From an uncultured Rhodobacteraceae bacterium (lineage in GTDB: Bacteria > Pseudomonadota > Alphaproteobacteria > Rhodobacterales > Rhodobacteraceae), in NCBI GenBank assembly GCA_937952085.1, contig CALFYQ010000101.1, positions 1 to 58,619 on the forward strand: DNA of 58,619 bases, given 5' to 3'. The position numbers and the translations under genes were made by a program. The notes beneath the pieces were generated by a model. It made no database searches and was not told the DNA's origin. It was given only the letters and a program-made list of their open reading frames with translations. Below are positions 35,167-46,822 of the stretch, piece after piece. Every line of letters begins with the position of its first letter. Positions within the stretch are counted from its first letter, which is position 1.

Positions 35167-37263
35167 TCAGCGCCCCTCGACCCGCCATGCGGCAAGCATG
35201 AATCCGGCGGCCAGAACCAGCATCAGCCAGCCGGGCGCGAGCGGGGTGAGGCGCACGTCCTCCACCGAATAGGCCTCCCGCCGGGCGAGGCCGAGCCAGC
35301 CGCGGCCCGCGGAGGTGCGGCCGTCGCCGACGCGGCGGATGTCGGGCTCGCCATCCTCCAGCCAGTGGACGCCGCCGCGCGTGGCGGCGACGAGGGCCGC
35401 CAGCGGCTCCGGCGAGGCGACGGCCTGCTCGAACTCCACCGGCGCCGGCGGGCCGACCGCGGCGATGGCGGTCAGCACCCCGTCCGTGAGGCGGTGAAGG
35501 CCCTGCTCCTCCGCCTCGAAGACGGCGCGCCAGAGGCCGGGACCGGCCTCGGCGAAGGGAACCTCACGCCGCGCGCCGGAGGGGGAGAGGATTTCCAGCC
35601 GCTCCGGCGTCTCGCTGACGGAGCGGCGGGTGACGGTGAGCCGCGCGCCCTCGGCGATGGCGGTCAGCGCCTCCTCCTCCAGTTCGGGCTCCTTCATCAG
35701 CCAGTGGGCGAGGCGGCGGAGCAGCTCCGCCTGCGGCCCGCCGCCCTCATAGCCGCGCGACCAGAGCCAGGCCTGATCGGAGGCGAGGACGGCGACGCGC
35801 CCCTCGCCGACCCGGTCGAGCACGAGGAGCGGCTTGTCGTCGGCGCCGGCCATCACCGTCGCGCCGGAATTCACCTCGACCTCGACCTGCCGCATCCAGC
35901 GGCCCCAGCGCGGCGGCTCGCCCGGCGCGCCGCCGCCCCAGCGATCGAGCCCGGCGGTGACGGGGTGGCGCATCCCCTGTTCGGTGAGGGTGGGGAGGTA
36001 AGGCGCCTCGATGATCCCCGCGGTCGGCGCGACAGGCAGGATCTCCGCCAGCGGGGTGCGATAGAGGCTCTCGACGCCGGCGAACCACGGCCCGTCGGCG
36101 ATCAGCACGGCCCCGCCATCCCGGACATAGCGGGCGATGTTGGCGATATAGGGCGAGGGGAGAACGCCGCGCCGGCGGTAGCGGTCGAAGATGATGAGGT
36201 CGAACTCGTCCACCTTCTCGAGGAAGAGCTCCCGCGTCGGGAAGGCGATGAGCGAAAGCTCGAAGACCGGCGTCCCGTCCTGCTTGGTCGGCGGGCGGAG
36301 GATGGTGAAGTGGACGAGATCGACCGACGGGTCCGCCTTCAGGAGGTTCCGCCAGGTCCGCTCGCCGTTGTGCGGCTCGCCCGAGACGAGGAGCACGCGG
36401 AGCCGGTCCCGCACCCCGTTCACGGTGAAGGCGGCGCGGTTGTTGCGGAGCGTGACCTCGCCCTCGGCCGGCGCGAGCGCCAGCTCGACGACGTTGGACC
36501 CGCCATGCTCGATGCGGATGGAGAGCTCCGCCGTCCGGCCCGGCTCGGCGATGGCGGCGCCGACCTCGACGCCGTCGACGCTGGCCGTCACCCGCGCCGG
36601 GCCGAGGCCGGCGAGCGCGGCGGCGGGGCCGGTCTCCTCCACCTGGAAGCGGAAGGCGACGGTCTCCCCGACGATGCCGAAGGCGGGCGCGGCGGAGACG
36701 TGGAGCCGGCGGTCGAACTCCCCCCGCGCGCCGGTCAGAAGCTCATGGACCGGGCCGGGGAAGGCGGCCAGCGCGTCCGCGTCATGCGCCTGCCCGTCGG
36801 TGATGAGGAGGGCGCCGGCGATCCGGTCTTCCGGCAGTTCGGCCGCCGCGGCGGCGAGGGTGGAGAGGAGCCGGGTGCCGGGGTCGGAGACCGGGCCGCC
36901 CTCGTTCCGAACCCGGACGGTGCGAAGCTCGACCGGGTTCTCGGGCTCCCTCGCGTTCAGCCGGTCGATCGCCTCGGTCGCGGCGATCTCGGCGGCGAGG
37001 GCCTGGGCGCGGCGGTCGCCGATCGACTGGCTTTCGCTGTCATCGACGACGAGAAGGGCGATGTCGGGGAGGGCGCGCCGCACCTCCCGCACCAGGGCGG
37101 GGTTCGAGAGCGCGACGAGGAGCGTGGCGAAGCCGGCGGCGCGGAGCCACCAGGCTGGCGAGCGGAGCCAGCCGGCGAAGGCGCAGAGGAGCGCCGCCAG
37201 CGCCGCGGCGACGCCGAGCGCCCAGAACGGGACGACCGGATCGAAGGCGAGCGCCGCGTTCAA
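35167..37263 (-). CDS. Membrane protein with vWA-like and GATase1-like domains (MoxR cluster)
   Basis: DDSESQ, LITDGQ, RVLLVSGEPH.GERTWRNLLK.DPSVDLVHFTILRPP. Confidence 0.85.
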   Translation of the reverse strand: MNAALAFDPVVPFWALGVAAALAALLCAFAGWLRSPAWWLRAAGFATLLVALSNPALVREVRRALPDIALLVVDDSESQSIGDRRAQALAAEIAATEAIDRLNAREPENPVELRTVRVRNEGGPVSDPGTRLLSTLAAAAAELPEDRIAGALLITDGQAHDADALAAFPGPVHELLTGARGEFDRRLHVSAAPAFGIVGETVAFRFQVEETGPAAALAGLGPARVTASVDGVEVGAAIAEPGRTAELSIRIEHGGSNVVELALAPAEGEVTLRNNRAAFTVNGVRDRLRVLLVSGEPHNGERTWRNLLKADPSVDLVHFTILRPPTKQDGTPVFELSLIAFPTRELFLEKVDEFDLIIFDRYRRRGVLPSPYIANIARYVRDGGAVLIADGPWFAGVESLYRTPLAEILPVAPTAGIIEAPYLPTLTEQGMRHPVTAGLDRWGGGAPGEPPRWGRWMRQVEVEVNSGATVMAGADDKPLLVLDRVGEGRVAVLASDQAWLWSRGYEGGGPQAELLRRLAHWLMKEPELEEEALTAIAEGARLTVTRRSVSETPERLEILSPSGARREVPFAEAGPGLWRAVFEAEEQGLHRLTDGVLTAIAAVGPPAPVEFEQAVASPEPLAALVAATRGGVHWLEDGEPDIRRVGDGRTSAGRGWLGLARREAYSVEDVRLTPLAPGWLMLVLAAGFMLAAWRVEGR

Positions 37264-40082
37264 TTCCCCAGCCTTTCGAGCAGCGCCGGCACGTGCACCT
37301 GGTCGGATTTGTAGTTGCCGGTCAGCGCGTACATCACGACGTTGACGCCGAACCGGAACGCCGTCTCGCGCTGGCGGTAATCGTCGGAGCGGCCGACCGG
37401 GGCGAGAAACTCGCCGTTCTGGTCCACCGCCCAGGCCGCGGCCCAGTCCGCCGCGCCGATCACCACCGGGGAGACGCCGTCATTCGGGTCCGAGATCAGG
37501 GGCGGCTCGCCCTCGGCGGTCTCGCCCTCGGGCCGCGGCGCCGGGGCCTGGACCCAGACCTCTCCGCCGGTCCAGCGGCCGGGGAAGCGGTCGAGAAGGT
37601 AGAAGGTGCGGGTCAGCACATGGTCGGCGGGCACCGGCGTCAGCGGCGGCAGGTCGAGCGCGGCGACGAGGCGGCGGAGCGCCTGGCCGTTCGGCCCGGC
37701 GGAGGAGCCCGGCCGCGCCAGATGCGCGTCCCGCGTGTCGAAGATGATCATGCCGCCGGCGCGCATGTAGGCGTTGAGCCTGGCGGAGGCTTCGTCGGAC
37801 GGGGTCGGCTGCGCCGCGCCGACCGGCCAGTAGAGGATCGGGAAGAAGGCGAGATCGTCGGTTTCGAGATCGACGCCCATCGGTTCCGCCGGCTCCACCG
37901 CCGTCCGCGCCGCGAGGACGCGGGAAAGGCCGCGAAGCCCGGCCTCCGACATCGCGTCGAGCGCGGCGTCGCCGGTCTTCACATAGCCGAGCACGGTCTC
38001 GTTCGCGGCGATCACGTCGCGGGAGCGCGCATCCTGCGCGTCGGCCCCGCCGGGCCAGGCGAGGGCGAGCGCGAGGAGGATCGCCGCGGCGCCCGGGTTG
38101 AAGCGGATGCGCCGTCCCGAGAGGCGGAGCGCGGCGAGCAGATCGACCGCGAAGAGTAGGAGCGCGAGGCCGAGGAGCCAGTGCGCCAGCGGCCGCTCGG
38201 TCCGCCCGCCGAAGGTCTCGACACTGGCGGAAAGCGGGTAGGGCGGGGCGAGCGCGGGCGGCGCGGCGGCCGGGAAGAGGTTGACGGCGATCCGCGCCGT
38301 CTCGCCGGCCCAGAGGCCGGGCGGCGCATCCGGCCCCGGCGCGTCGGCGAGGCGCTGCGCCGGCACGGCCGGCAGGTCCCCCGGCGCGGCGGCGGCGCGG
38401 CCGAACCCGTCGATCGCGGCGACGAGGCGCATCGGCGCCTCGCCTTCGGGGGCCTCGCCGGTTCCGCCCGAGCCGAGCGAGACGAGGCGGCGCAGCATCT
38501 CGACGAAAAGGCCCGAGAGCGGAAGGGAGGACCATTCGGCGTTGGCGCCGACATGGAAGAGGACGACGCGGCCGTCGCCGAGCGGCGCGGCGGTGACGAG
38601 CGGTGTGCCGTCCTCCAGCGTCGCCCAGGTGCGCTCGGCGAGGCCGGGGCCGATCTCGGCGAGGATCTGCCGGCTCACCGTCACCTCGCGCGGGGCGGTG
38701 AGGCCGAAAAACGGGCTTTCGCGGCCGAACTCGCGCACCGCCTGCGGCGCGCCCCAGGCCATGGCGCCGCCGACGGCGCGGCCGCCTCCGGCGCGGAGCG
38801 GAACCGGCAGGAGCGGGTCTTCCGCCCCGGGCCCGGCGCCGGCGAGATCGGAGCCGCGGGCGAGGCGCGGCCCGGCGAAGCGGACGAGGAGCCCGCCGGC
38901 GCGGACGAAGGCTTCGAGCCCCTCGCGCTCCGGCGGGGTCAGCCGGCCGATATCGGCGAGGAAGACGGCGTCGGGGTTGGCGTCGAGGAGTTGCTCGACC
39001 GTCCCTTCCACCACCTCGGCGTTTCGCGCGAGCGCCGTGCGAAGGTAGTGGAGCGAGGAGACGAGGCGGAGCGATTCCGCCTCCGAGCCGCCGGCGGAAA
39101 GGCCGACGCGGCGGCGGCGCTGGCTCTCGTCGGTCAGCGCCACGGCGCCGGCGCTCTCTTCGCCGAGAAGGGCGACGCGGGCGATCTGGTTCCGCAGCTC
39201 CAGCGGCAGGTCGAGCTCGGCGTCGGCGACCTGCTCGCCCTCCTCGATCGTGGCGTCGAGATTGGCGAGGCGGCGCTCCGCCCCGGCCTCGCCGCTCGGC
39301 GCCTTGCCGAAGACGGCGACGCGGAGCGTCTCGGCCGGGCCGGCCTCGGCGCGCATCGCGGAAATCATCAGACGCCCCTCGACGAGGCGCGGCTGCGCCA
39401 GGGCGCGGGCGGTTTGTGTCGGCGCGAGGATGCGGAGCGCGCCGAGCCCGTCGAGCGCGGCGACGAGGGCGCCCTCGTCGCCATGATCGAGCCCGTCGGT
39501 CAGCCAGGCGATCTCCCGCGCGCCTTCCTCGTCGGAGGCGGCGCGGAGCGCGGCGAAGGCCTCGGCCCATTCGGCGCGGAGCGGCGCCCAGGGCCGCGGC
39601 TGCAGCGCCTCGACCATGCCGCGCCATTCGCCCGCCGGCCGCGGCCGGAGGCGGAGATCCGGCGGGACCGGATCGGCGAGGACGTGGAAGGAGACGGGGC
39701 GATCCGCCCGCTCGGCGCGGTCAAGCTCGGCGAGGGCGGCGTCGCGGCGCGCCTCCCAATCCGGCGCGCTGGCCCAGCCGCCATCCATGACGAGGACGAC
39801 GGGGCCGTTCCCGGCCGCGCCCTCGCGCGGGTTCAGCACCGGCTCGGCGAAGGCGAGGATGATGGCGCCGGCGATCATCATGCGAAGGAGGAGCAGCCAC
39901 CAGGGCGTGCGATGCGGCGTCTTTTCGGGGTCTTCGAGGCCGAGAAGGAGGCGGACGCCGGGAAATGAGACGCGGGCCGGCGAGGGCGGCGTCGCGCGGA
40001 GGAGAAGCCAGAGGATCGGCAGGAGCGCCAGCGCGCCGAGCAGCCACGGGTTGAGGAAGGCGAGGGGCCCGAATTCCAGCAT
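37260..40082 (-). CDS. BatA-type double-TM protein with DUF4159 domain
   Basis: FLNPWLL..L..LP...PWWLLLLR; C-terminal YALTGNYKSDQVH. Confidence 0.88.
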   Translation of the reverse strand: MLEFGPLAFLNPWLLGALALLPILWLLLRATPPSPARVSFPGVRLLLGLEDPEKTPHRTPWWLLLLRMMIAGAIILAFAEPVLNPREGAAGNGPVVLVMDGGWASAPDWEARRDAALAELDRAERADRPVSFHVLADPVPPDLRLRPRPAGEWRGMVEALQPRPWAPLRAEWAEAFAALRAASDEEGAREIAWLTDGLDHGDEGALVAALDGLGALRILAPTQTARALAQPRLVEGRLMISAMRAEAGPAETLRVAVFGKAPSGEAGAERRLANLDATIEEGEQVADAELDLPLELRNQIARVALLGEESAGAVALTDESQRRRRVGLSAGGSEAESLRLVSSLHYLRTALARNAEVVEGTVEQLLDANPDAVFLADIGRLTPPEREGLEAFVRAGGLLVRFAGPRLARGSDLAGAGPGAEDPLLPVPLRAGGGRAVGGAMAWGAPQAVREFGRESPFFGLTAPREVTVSRQILAEIGPGLAERTWATLEDGTPLVTAAPLGDGRVVLFHVGANAEWSSLPLSGLFVEMLRRLVSLGSGGTGEAPEGEAPMRLVAAIDGFGRAAAAPGDLPAVPAQRLADAPGPDAPPGLWAGETARIAVNLFPAAAPPALAPPYPLSASVETFGGRTERPLAHWLLGLALLLFAVDLLAALRLSGRRIRFNPGAAAILLALALAWPGGADAQDARSRDVIAANETVLGYVKTGDAALDAMSEAGLRGLSRVLAARTAVEPAEPMGVDLETDDLAFFPILYWPVGAAQPTPSDEASARLNAYMRAGGMIIFDTRDAHLARPGSSAGPNGQALRRLVAALDLPPLTPVPADHVLTRTFYLLDRFPGRWTGGEVWVQAPAPRPEGETAEGEPPLISDPNDGVSPVVIGAADWAAAWAVDQNGEFLAPVGRSDDYRQRETAFRFGVNVVMYALTGNYKSDQVHVPALLERLGN

Positions 40083-40998
40083 CAGCGCCGGCCCCCCGCG
40101 AGCATGTCATAGAGCCAGAGCAGCGCCTTCCGCGGGCTCTCGTCGGTCCGGTGGACGAGGATGCGCCAGCCGCAGCGGCGCGCCAGCGTCTCCAGCTCGT
40201 TCCGCCGCGCGGCGAGCCGGTCCTTGTAGGCGCCCTGGAGGCCGCGGGCGCGGTCCGTCTCGAACTTCACCGCGCGGCCCATCGATTCGAAGATGAGGCG
40301 GCCGTCGAAGGGGAAGGTCTCCTCCGCGCGGTCGACGATCTGGACGCAGGCGCCGGCGATCCCGGCCGCGGCGGCGTGCATCAGCGCCGGGAAGATCGCG
40401 TCGCCCGGCCCCATGAAATCGGAGAGGAACACGGCCTGCCCGCCGCGCGCGTAATCCGCCTTCGGCGGCGCGCCGTAATCGGGCCGCTTCTGCCGCGTTT
40501 CGGAGAGGATGGCGCCCATGCGGCGAAGCTGCGTCTCGCCGCTCGCGGGGCGGGCCGCGTCGGTGCCGAGGAGGCTGACGCGCTCGCCGCCGCGGATGAG
40601 AAGGACGCCGAGCGCGAGCGCGAGGAGCGCCGCGCGCTCGCCCTTCGAGCGCACCGCCCGGTCGGAGCGGAAATCCATCGCCAGCGCGTCATCGCGCCAG
40701 ATCGAGACGGTCTGCGCCGCCTCCCATTCCATCTCCCGGACGAAGAGCTGGTCGGAGCGGGCCGAGCGGCGCCAGTCCACCGCCTGGTGCGGATCGCCGG
40801 GCGTCGCCGGGCGGAACTGCCAGAAGGTCTCGCCCGGGCCGGCGCGGCGGCGGCCGTGGACGCCCGAGGCGACCGAGGCGGCGAGCCGCTCCGCCTCCGC
40901 CAATAGCGGCGGCAGGGTGCCGGAGATGCGCTCCGCGTCCCGCCGGAGCCAGCCGGCGCCGACACGTTCGACCGTCCGGGGCGCCGAAGGCTCCGGCA

Positions 40999-40999
<1 letters not shown>
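40082..40999 (-). CDS. DUF58 protein
   Basis: GVHGRRRAGPGETFWQFR, DWRRSAR, LSDF. Confidence 0.92.
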
Positions 41000-42009
<1,010 letters not shown>

Positions 42010-42101
42010 CAACACACTCCCGGAAATCGGCCGCGAGCGTCGTCGCTCGCCCTCGCAACCTATATGGTGCAGTCGGAAGATCGAGTCACGGAACCGAGAA
42101 T

Positions 42102-42698
42102 ATGTCTGCGCGAAGCGTCACGCCGGCGCCCGACGATCTGGCGAAATCCGTCTCCGCCGCCGCGAAATCGGGCAGGAAGGGGCCGCCCCCGGTCCATCTC
42201 TGGAACCCGCCCTATTGCGGCGACCTCGACATCCGGATCGCGCGTAACGGGCAATGGTTCTATCTCGGCTCCCCCATAGGTAGAATTCCGCTGGTCAAGC
42301 TCTTCGCTTCGGTGCTGAAGAAGGAGGATGGCCGCCACTACCTCGTCACGCCGGTGGAGAAGATCGGAATCACCGTAGACGACGCGCCTTTCGTCGCCGT
42401 TGATTTCCGTGCGGAAGGCGAGGGGCGGGCGCAGGTTCTCACCTTCGAGACGAATGTGGGCGACGAGACCGTCGCCGGCCCGGAGAACCCGATTCGCGTC
42501 GAGCGGGACCCGGAGACGGGCGAGCCCTCGCCCTACGTCCATGTCCGCCGCGGGCTCGAGGCCTTGATCGACCGCAAGAGCTATTACCGCCTCGTCGAAC
42601 TCGGCGCGATGGAGGAGGGTGAGGCCGGGCGCGAGTTCGGGCTTTGGTCCGCGGGCGTCTTCTTCGCGATCTGCCCGGCGGCGGAGCTCGGCCTTTGA
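42102..42698 (+). CDS. DUF1285 family protein
   Basis: PPVHLWNPPYCGDLD, LVTPVEK, DAPF. Confidence 0.9.
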   Translation: MSARSVTPAPDDLAKSVSAAAKSGRKGPPPVHLWNPPYCGDLDIRIARNGQWFYLGSPIGRIPLVKLFASVLKKEDGRHYLVTPVEKIGITVDDAPFVAVDFRAEGEGRAQVLTFETNVGDETVAGPENPIRVERDPETGEPSPYVHVRRGLEALIDRKSYYRLVELGAMEEGEAGREFGLWSAGVFFAICPAAELGL

Positions 42699-43183
42699 CG
42701 GCGATTCCCGCGGGCCTCGCATCGCGGATCGGCCGGCACGCGGCGACGGGGCGGCTGGCCTGGATCGGGCTCCGGCCCGCGAAGGGCGCCCCGGTCGAAG
42801 CGGTGGAGGCGGCGGAGATCGGCGCGGCGGGGCTCATCGGGGACCATCGTTCGGCCGGCGCGGCGGGCCCGCGGGCGGTGACGCTGATCCAGGCGGAGCA
42901 TCTGCCGGTCATCGCCGCGCTCGCGGCGCGGGCCGACGCGCCGCCGGCGCTCCTGCGGCGGAACCTGGTCGTCGCCGGGATCAACCTTGCGGCGCTCCGG
43001 CACGGGCCGCTCCGAATCGGGGCCGCGACGCTGCGGATCACCGGCCCTTGTCCGCCCTGCTCGCGGATGGAGGCGGCGCTCGGCGCCGGGGGCTGGAACG
43101 CGATGCGCGGCCATGGCGGCTTCTACGCCGAGGTGCTGGCGGCGGGGCGCGTCGCATGCGGCGACGAGGTCGCGCCCGGGTGA
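42695..43183 (+). CDS. MOSC-domain protein
   Basis: GLIGDH, RAVTLIQ, LRRNLVV, PCPPCSRM; TTG start overlaps the previous stop. Confidence 0.85.
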   Translation: MTAIPAGLASRIGRHAATGRLAWIGLRPAKGAPVEAVEAAEIGAAGLIGDHRSAGAAGPRAVTLIQAEHLPVIAALAARADAPPALLRRNLVVAGINLAALRHGPLRIGAATLRITGPCPPCSRMEAALGAGGWNAMRGHGGFYAEVLAAGRVACGDEVAPG

Positions 43184-43307
43184 GCGCGCCGCGCCGCGCG
43201 GCGCGGGCCGCCCCGGCCGGGGCCGGATTGCGCTTGTCAGGTCTGGCCCCCGCCGTCATGAATCCTGACGAGGGCAATTTTCGCCTGGTCGGATTCGGTT
43301 TGGGGGA

Positions 43308-43742
43308 ATGTTCATGAGATTGTTCTTTCGCGGCGCCTGTCCTTTCGGATCGTTCGATGGCGCGTCTTCGGTCGTCTCTCACCCGATCTTCTCGAAGTTT
43401 CGCGCGGCCGCGCTTCTCTGGCTCATCGGCGCGCTCGGCCTGCAGCTGGCGAGCCTTCTCGCCGCCGACCCGGGCTGCGGCGGCGGCGTGCGCTGCGCGG
43501 ACGGGTTCGGCCTCCTCCTGCCGGCGCTGATCGGCGCGGGGGGATTCCTCCTTGCGGCGCGGCGGAGCGGCGACCGGCTCTTCGTCGTCGCGCTCTGGCT
43601 CGTCGGCGCGGCGGCGGCGCCGCTGGCGCACTGGGCGCTCCTGCCGGAGGCGAGCGGGGCCGATGCGGCGCGGCTCGCCGGCCTGATCGTCGCTCCGCTG
43701 GCCGGTTTCGCCTTCGTCGCGCCGGGACGGGACGCCGCCTGA
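43308..43742 (+). CDS. Hypothetical 4-TM membrane protein (start uncertain)
   Basis: Four hydrophobic segments with a C-x5-C loop; fills the gap between MOSC and the cinA-like gene. Confidence 0.5.
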   Translation: MFMRLFFRGACPFGSFDGASSVVSHPIFSKFRAAALLWLIGALGLQLASLLAADPGCGGGVRCADGFGLLLPALIGAGGFLLAARRSGDRLFVVALWLVGAAAAPLAHWALLPEASGADAARLAGLIVAPLAGFAFVAPGRDAA

Positions 43743-43752
43743 GCCCCGCGCC

Positions 43753-44514
43753 TCAGGCCGGCGGCGTCTCGCTCACGTCGGTGACGCCGAGCCCGGCGAG
43801 CATGGCGCGAAGCTCGGCCACAGCGGCCTCCAGCGCCGCCCGGTCGGCCGAGCGGACGACGAGCGTCGAGCCCGCGCCCATCCGGTAGAACGGGTAGGAG
43901 CCGATCGAGACCTCGGGGCGCCGCGCCGCCAAGTCGGCGAGGGGCCCGGCCATGTCGCCCTCCGGCGCGTTCACCCGGAGCGCCCAGGCGAGCATCGGCG
44001 CGCCGCCCTTCAGCGTGGGGCGGATCGTCTCCACCATGGCGTCGAAGACGGCGGGGACGCCGGCCATCACATGGACGTTGCCGATGGTGAAGCCGGGCGC
44101 CTGGCTGACCGGGTTCAGGATCAGCGTCGCGCCCTCGGGGATGCGCGCCATGCGGAGTCGGGCCTCGTTGAGCTCCCCGGGCTTGTAATAGGCTTCGAGG
44201 ATCGCCCGCGCGTCGTCCCGCACGCCGATCGAGACGCCGAAGGCCGCCGCCACCGCGTCGGCGGTGATGTCGTCATGGGTCGGGCCGATGCCGCCCGAGG
44301 TGAAGACGTGGTCGTTCCGGGCGCGGAGCGCGTTCACCGCCTCGACGATGGCGCCCTGGTCGTCGGCGACGATGCGGACCTCCCGCATCTCGACGCCGAT
44401 CTCGGTCAGGATCTGCGAGAGACGCCAGGCGTTGCCCTCCCGCGTGCGGCCCGAAAGCACCTCGTCGCCGATCACCACCATTGCGGCGGTGGGCCGCCTT
44501 GCGCCCGCGCTCAT
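43753..44514 (-). CDS. CinA N-terminal/MoCF-biosynthesis-like protein
   Basis: VIGDEVLSGRT, SGGIGPTHDDIT, MAGVP, IGSYP. Confidence 0.92.
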   Translation of the reverse strand: MSAGARRPTAAMVVIGDEVLSGRTREGNAWRLSQILTEIGVEMREVRIVADDQGAIVEAVNALRARNDHVFTSGGIGPTHDDITADAVAAAFGVSIGVRDDARAILEAYYKPGELNEARLRMARIPEGATLILNPVSQAPGFTIGNVHVMAGVPAVFDAMVETIRPTLKGGAPMLAWALRVNAPEGDMAGPLADLAARRPEVSIGSYPFYRMGAGSTLVVRSADRAALEAAVAELRAMLAGLGVTDVSETPPA

Positions 44515-44626
44515 GCTGCTTACCTCCCCAAAACCCCCCGGGGATATAACCGAAGCGCGGAAAAACGCCATGAAGGGCCGCCGCGACGCATCGCGCGGCT
44601 TGATCGGGGGCGAGGAAGGGCGGAAC

Positions 44627-45463
44627 ATGCCGATGGACGGGACGAGGATCTCAGCGGTGGAGCGCAAGAGCGGCGACAGGACGGCCGAGGGCATCAAGCT
44701 CCATCGACCGGAGGATTTCGAGGGCATGCGCGCCGCCGGCCGGCTCGCGGCCGAGGTCCTCGACGCGATCGGCCCTCTAGTGGAGCCGGGCGTCACCACG
44801 GGCGCGCTCGACGACTTCATCCATGACCGGATCATCGCCGCCGGCGCCATTCCGGCGACGCTAGGCTATCGCGGCTACACCAAGTCCTCCTGCATATCGA
44901 TCAACCATGTCGTCTGCCACGGCATCCCCGGCCCGAAGGCGCTGAAGCCGGGCGACATTCTCAACATCGACGTGACGGTGATCCTCGACGGCTGGTTCGG
45001 CGACACCAGCCGGATGTACGTGGCGGGGCAGGCGAGCCGCCGCGCCGAGCGGCTGATCGACATCACCCACGAGGCGCTCCTGCGCGGGGTGGCGGCGGTG
45101 CGGCCGGGCGCGACCTTCGGCGATATCGGCCACGCCATCCAGTCCTACGCCGAGGCGGAGCGCTGCGGCGTGGTGCGGGATTTCTGCGGCCACGGGCTCG
45201 GCCGCGTCTTCCACGACGCGCCGAACGTTCTGCATTACGGACGCCCCGGCGCGGGCGCGGTGCTCAGGCCCGGCATGTTCTTCACCATCGAGCCGATGGT
45301 GAATCTCGGCCGGCCGGAGACCAAGATCCTGAACGACGGCTGGACCGCGGTGACGCGGGACCGCTCCCTCTCCGCCCAGTTCGAGCATTCGGTCGGCGTG
45401 ACCGAGGCGGGCTGCGAGATCTTCACCCTCTCCCCGGCCGGCAAGTTCCACCCGTTCCACTGA
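44627..45463 (+). CDS. map: Methionine aminopeptidase type I
   Basis: SINHVVCHGIP, NIDVT, GDTSRM, GHGLG, TIEPM, AQFEHS. Confidence 0.97.
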   Translation: MPMDGTRISAVERKSGDRTAEGIKLHRPEDFEGMRAAGRLAAEVLDAIGPLVEPGVTTGALDDFIHDRIIAAGAIPATLGYRGYTKSSCISINHVVCHGIPGPKALKPGDILNIDVTVILDGWFGDTSRMYVAGQASRRAERLIDITHEALLRGVAAVRPGATFGDIGHAIQSYAEAERCGVVRDFCGHGLGRVFHDAPNVLHYGRPGAGAVLRPGMFFTIEPMVNLGRPETKILNDGWTAVTRDRSLSAQFEHSVGVTEAGCEIFTLSPAGKFHPFH

Positions 45464-45573
45464 ACGGCCGCCGCGCGCCCGGCTTGAAACCGGGCCGGTT
45501 CTCGTCTCTAGATCGCGGACAGACCGGTGGGCGCAGCCCCCGGCGAAAAGAACGCCTCAACGGGAGAGGACCC

Positions 45574-46758
45574 ATGAGAAAGACCCTGACCGCCGCCGCC
45601 GCGGCGAGCTTCGCCCTTGTGGCCGGCGCCGCCGCCGCCGAGGACGTGAAGATCGGCGTGATCCTTGGCTTCACCGGCCCGCTCGAGTCGATCACGCCCG
45701 GCATGGCCGCGGGCGCCGAGCTGGCGATGAAGGAAGTTTCCGACGCCGGCGGCATCCTCGGGGGCATGAAGGTGATCCCGATCCGGGGCGACTCGACCTG
45801 CGTCGACGCCGCCGCCGCCACCGCCTCCGCCACCCGGCTGATCACTTCCGACGGCGTTTCCGCCATCATGGGCGCGGACTGCTCGGGCGTGACCACCGCG
45901 ATCCTGCAGAACGTGGCGATGCCGAACGGCGTCGGCATGATCTCGCCCTCGGCCACCTCTCCGGCGCTGTCGAGCATCGAGGACAACGGCCTCTTCTTCC
46001 GCACCGCGCCGTCCGACGCGCGGCAGGGCCAGATTGTCACCGACATCCTGACCGGCAAGGGCGTGAAGGAGATCGCGATCTCCTACACCAACAACGATTA
46101 CGGCAAGGGCCTGGCCGACTCGATCGAGTCGAACTTCAAGGCCGCCGGCGGCAAGGTCACGCTCAACGCCCCGCACGAAGACGGCAAGGCGGACTATTCC
46201 GCCGAGGTCGGCGCGCTCGCGTCCGCGGGCGGCGAGGTGCTGGTCGTCGCCGGCTATCTCGACCAGGGCGGCAAGGGCGTGATCCAGGCCGCGCTCGACG
46301 CCGGCGCCTTCGACACCTTCTACCTGCCGGACGGCATGGTCGGCGACAGCCTTGTCGAGGCGATCGGCCCGGCGCTCAACGGCTCCTTCGGCGCCCTTCC
46401 GGGCACCGACAGCGACGGCGCCGCGAAATTCGCCGAGATGGCGAAGGTCGCGGGCTTCGAGGTCGTCGCCTTCTCGCCGGAGAGCTACGACGCCGCCGCC
46501 CTCATGATGATGGCGATGGAGGCCGCGAAGTCGTCGAACTCCGCCGACTGGTCGACGAAGGTGATGGACATCGCCAACGCGCCGGGCGAGCCGATCCTCC
46601 CGGGCGAGCTCTCCAAGGCCCTCGAGATCATCCGCGGCGGCGGCGACGTCGACTATGTCGGCGCCTCGGCGGTCGAGCTGATCGGCCCGGGCGAGAGCGC
46701 CGGCGCCTATCGCGAGATCAAGATCGAGGACGGGATCAAGACGGTCGGCTTCCGCTGA
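45574..46758 (+). CDS. Liv-type ABC substrate-binding protein
   Basis: Signal peptide, ISPSATSP, FRTAPSD, NNDYGKG. Confidence 0.93.
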   Translation: MRKTLTAAAAASFALVAGAAAAEDVKIGVILGFTGPLESITPGMAAGAELAMKEVSDAGGILGGMKVIPIRGDSTCVDAAAATASATRLITSDGVSAIMGADCSGVTTAILQNVAMPNGVGMISPSATSPALSSIEDNGLFFRTAPSDARQGQIVTDILTGKGVKEIAISYTNNDYGKGLADSIESNFKAAGGKVTLNAPHEDGKADYSAEVGALASAGGEVLVVAGYLDQGGKGVIQAALDAGAFDTFYLPDGMVGDSLVEAIGPALNGSFGALPGTDSDGAAKFAEMAKVAGFEVVAFSPESYDAAALMMMAMEAAKSSNSADWSTKVMDIANAPGEPILPGELSKALEIIRGGGDVDYVGASAVELIGPGESAGAYREIKIEDGIKTVGFR

Positions 46759-46780
46759 TCCGTTCCGATCTACGCGGGCG

Positions 46781-46806
46781 CGGCCCGGCGCATCGTCGCC
46801 GGGCCG
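46781..46806 (+). terminator. Intra-operon hairpin after the binding-protein gene
   Basis: CGGCCCGGCG-catcgt-CGCCGGGCCG, 10-bp stem. Confidence 0.5.
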
Positions 46807-46822
46807 TAGCCGAGGGGCGCCG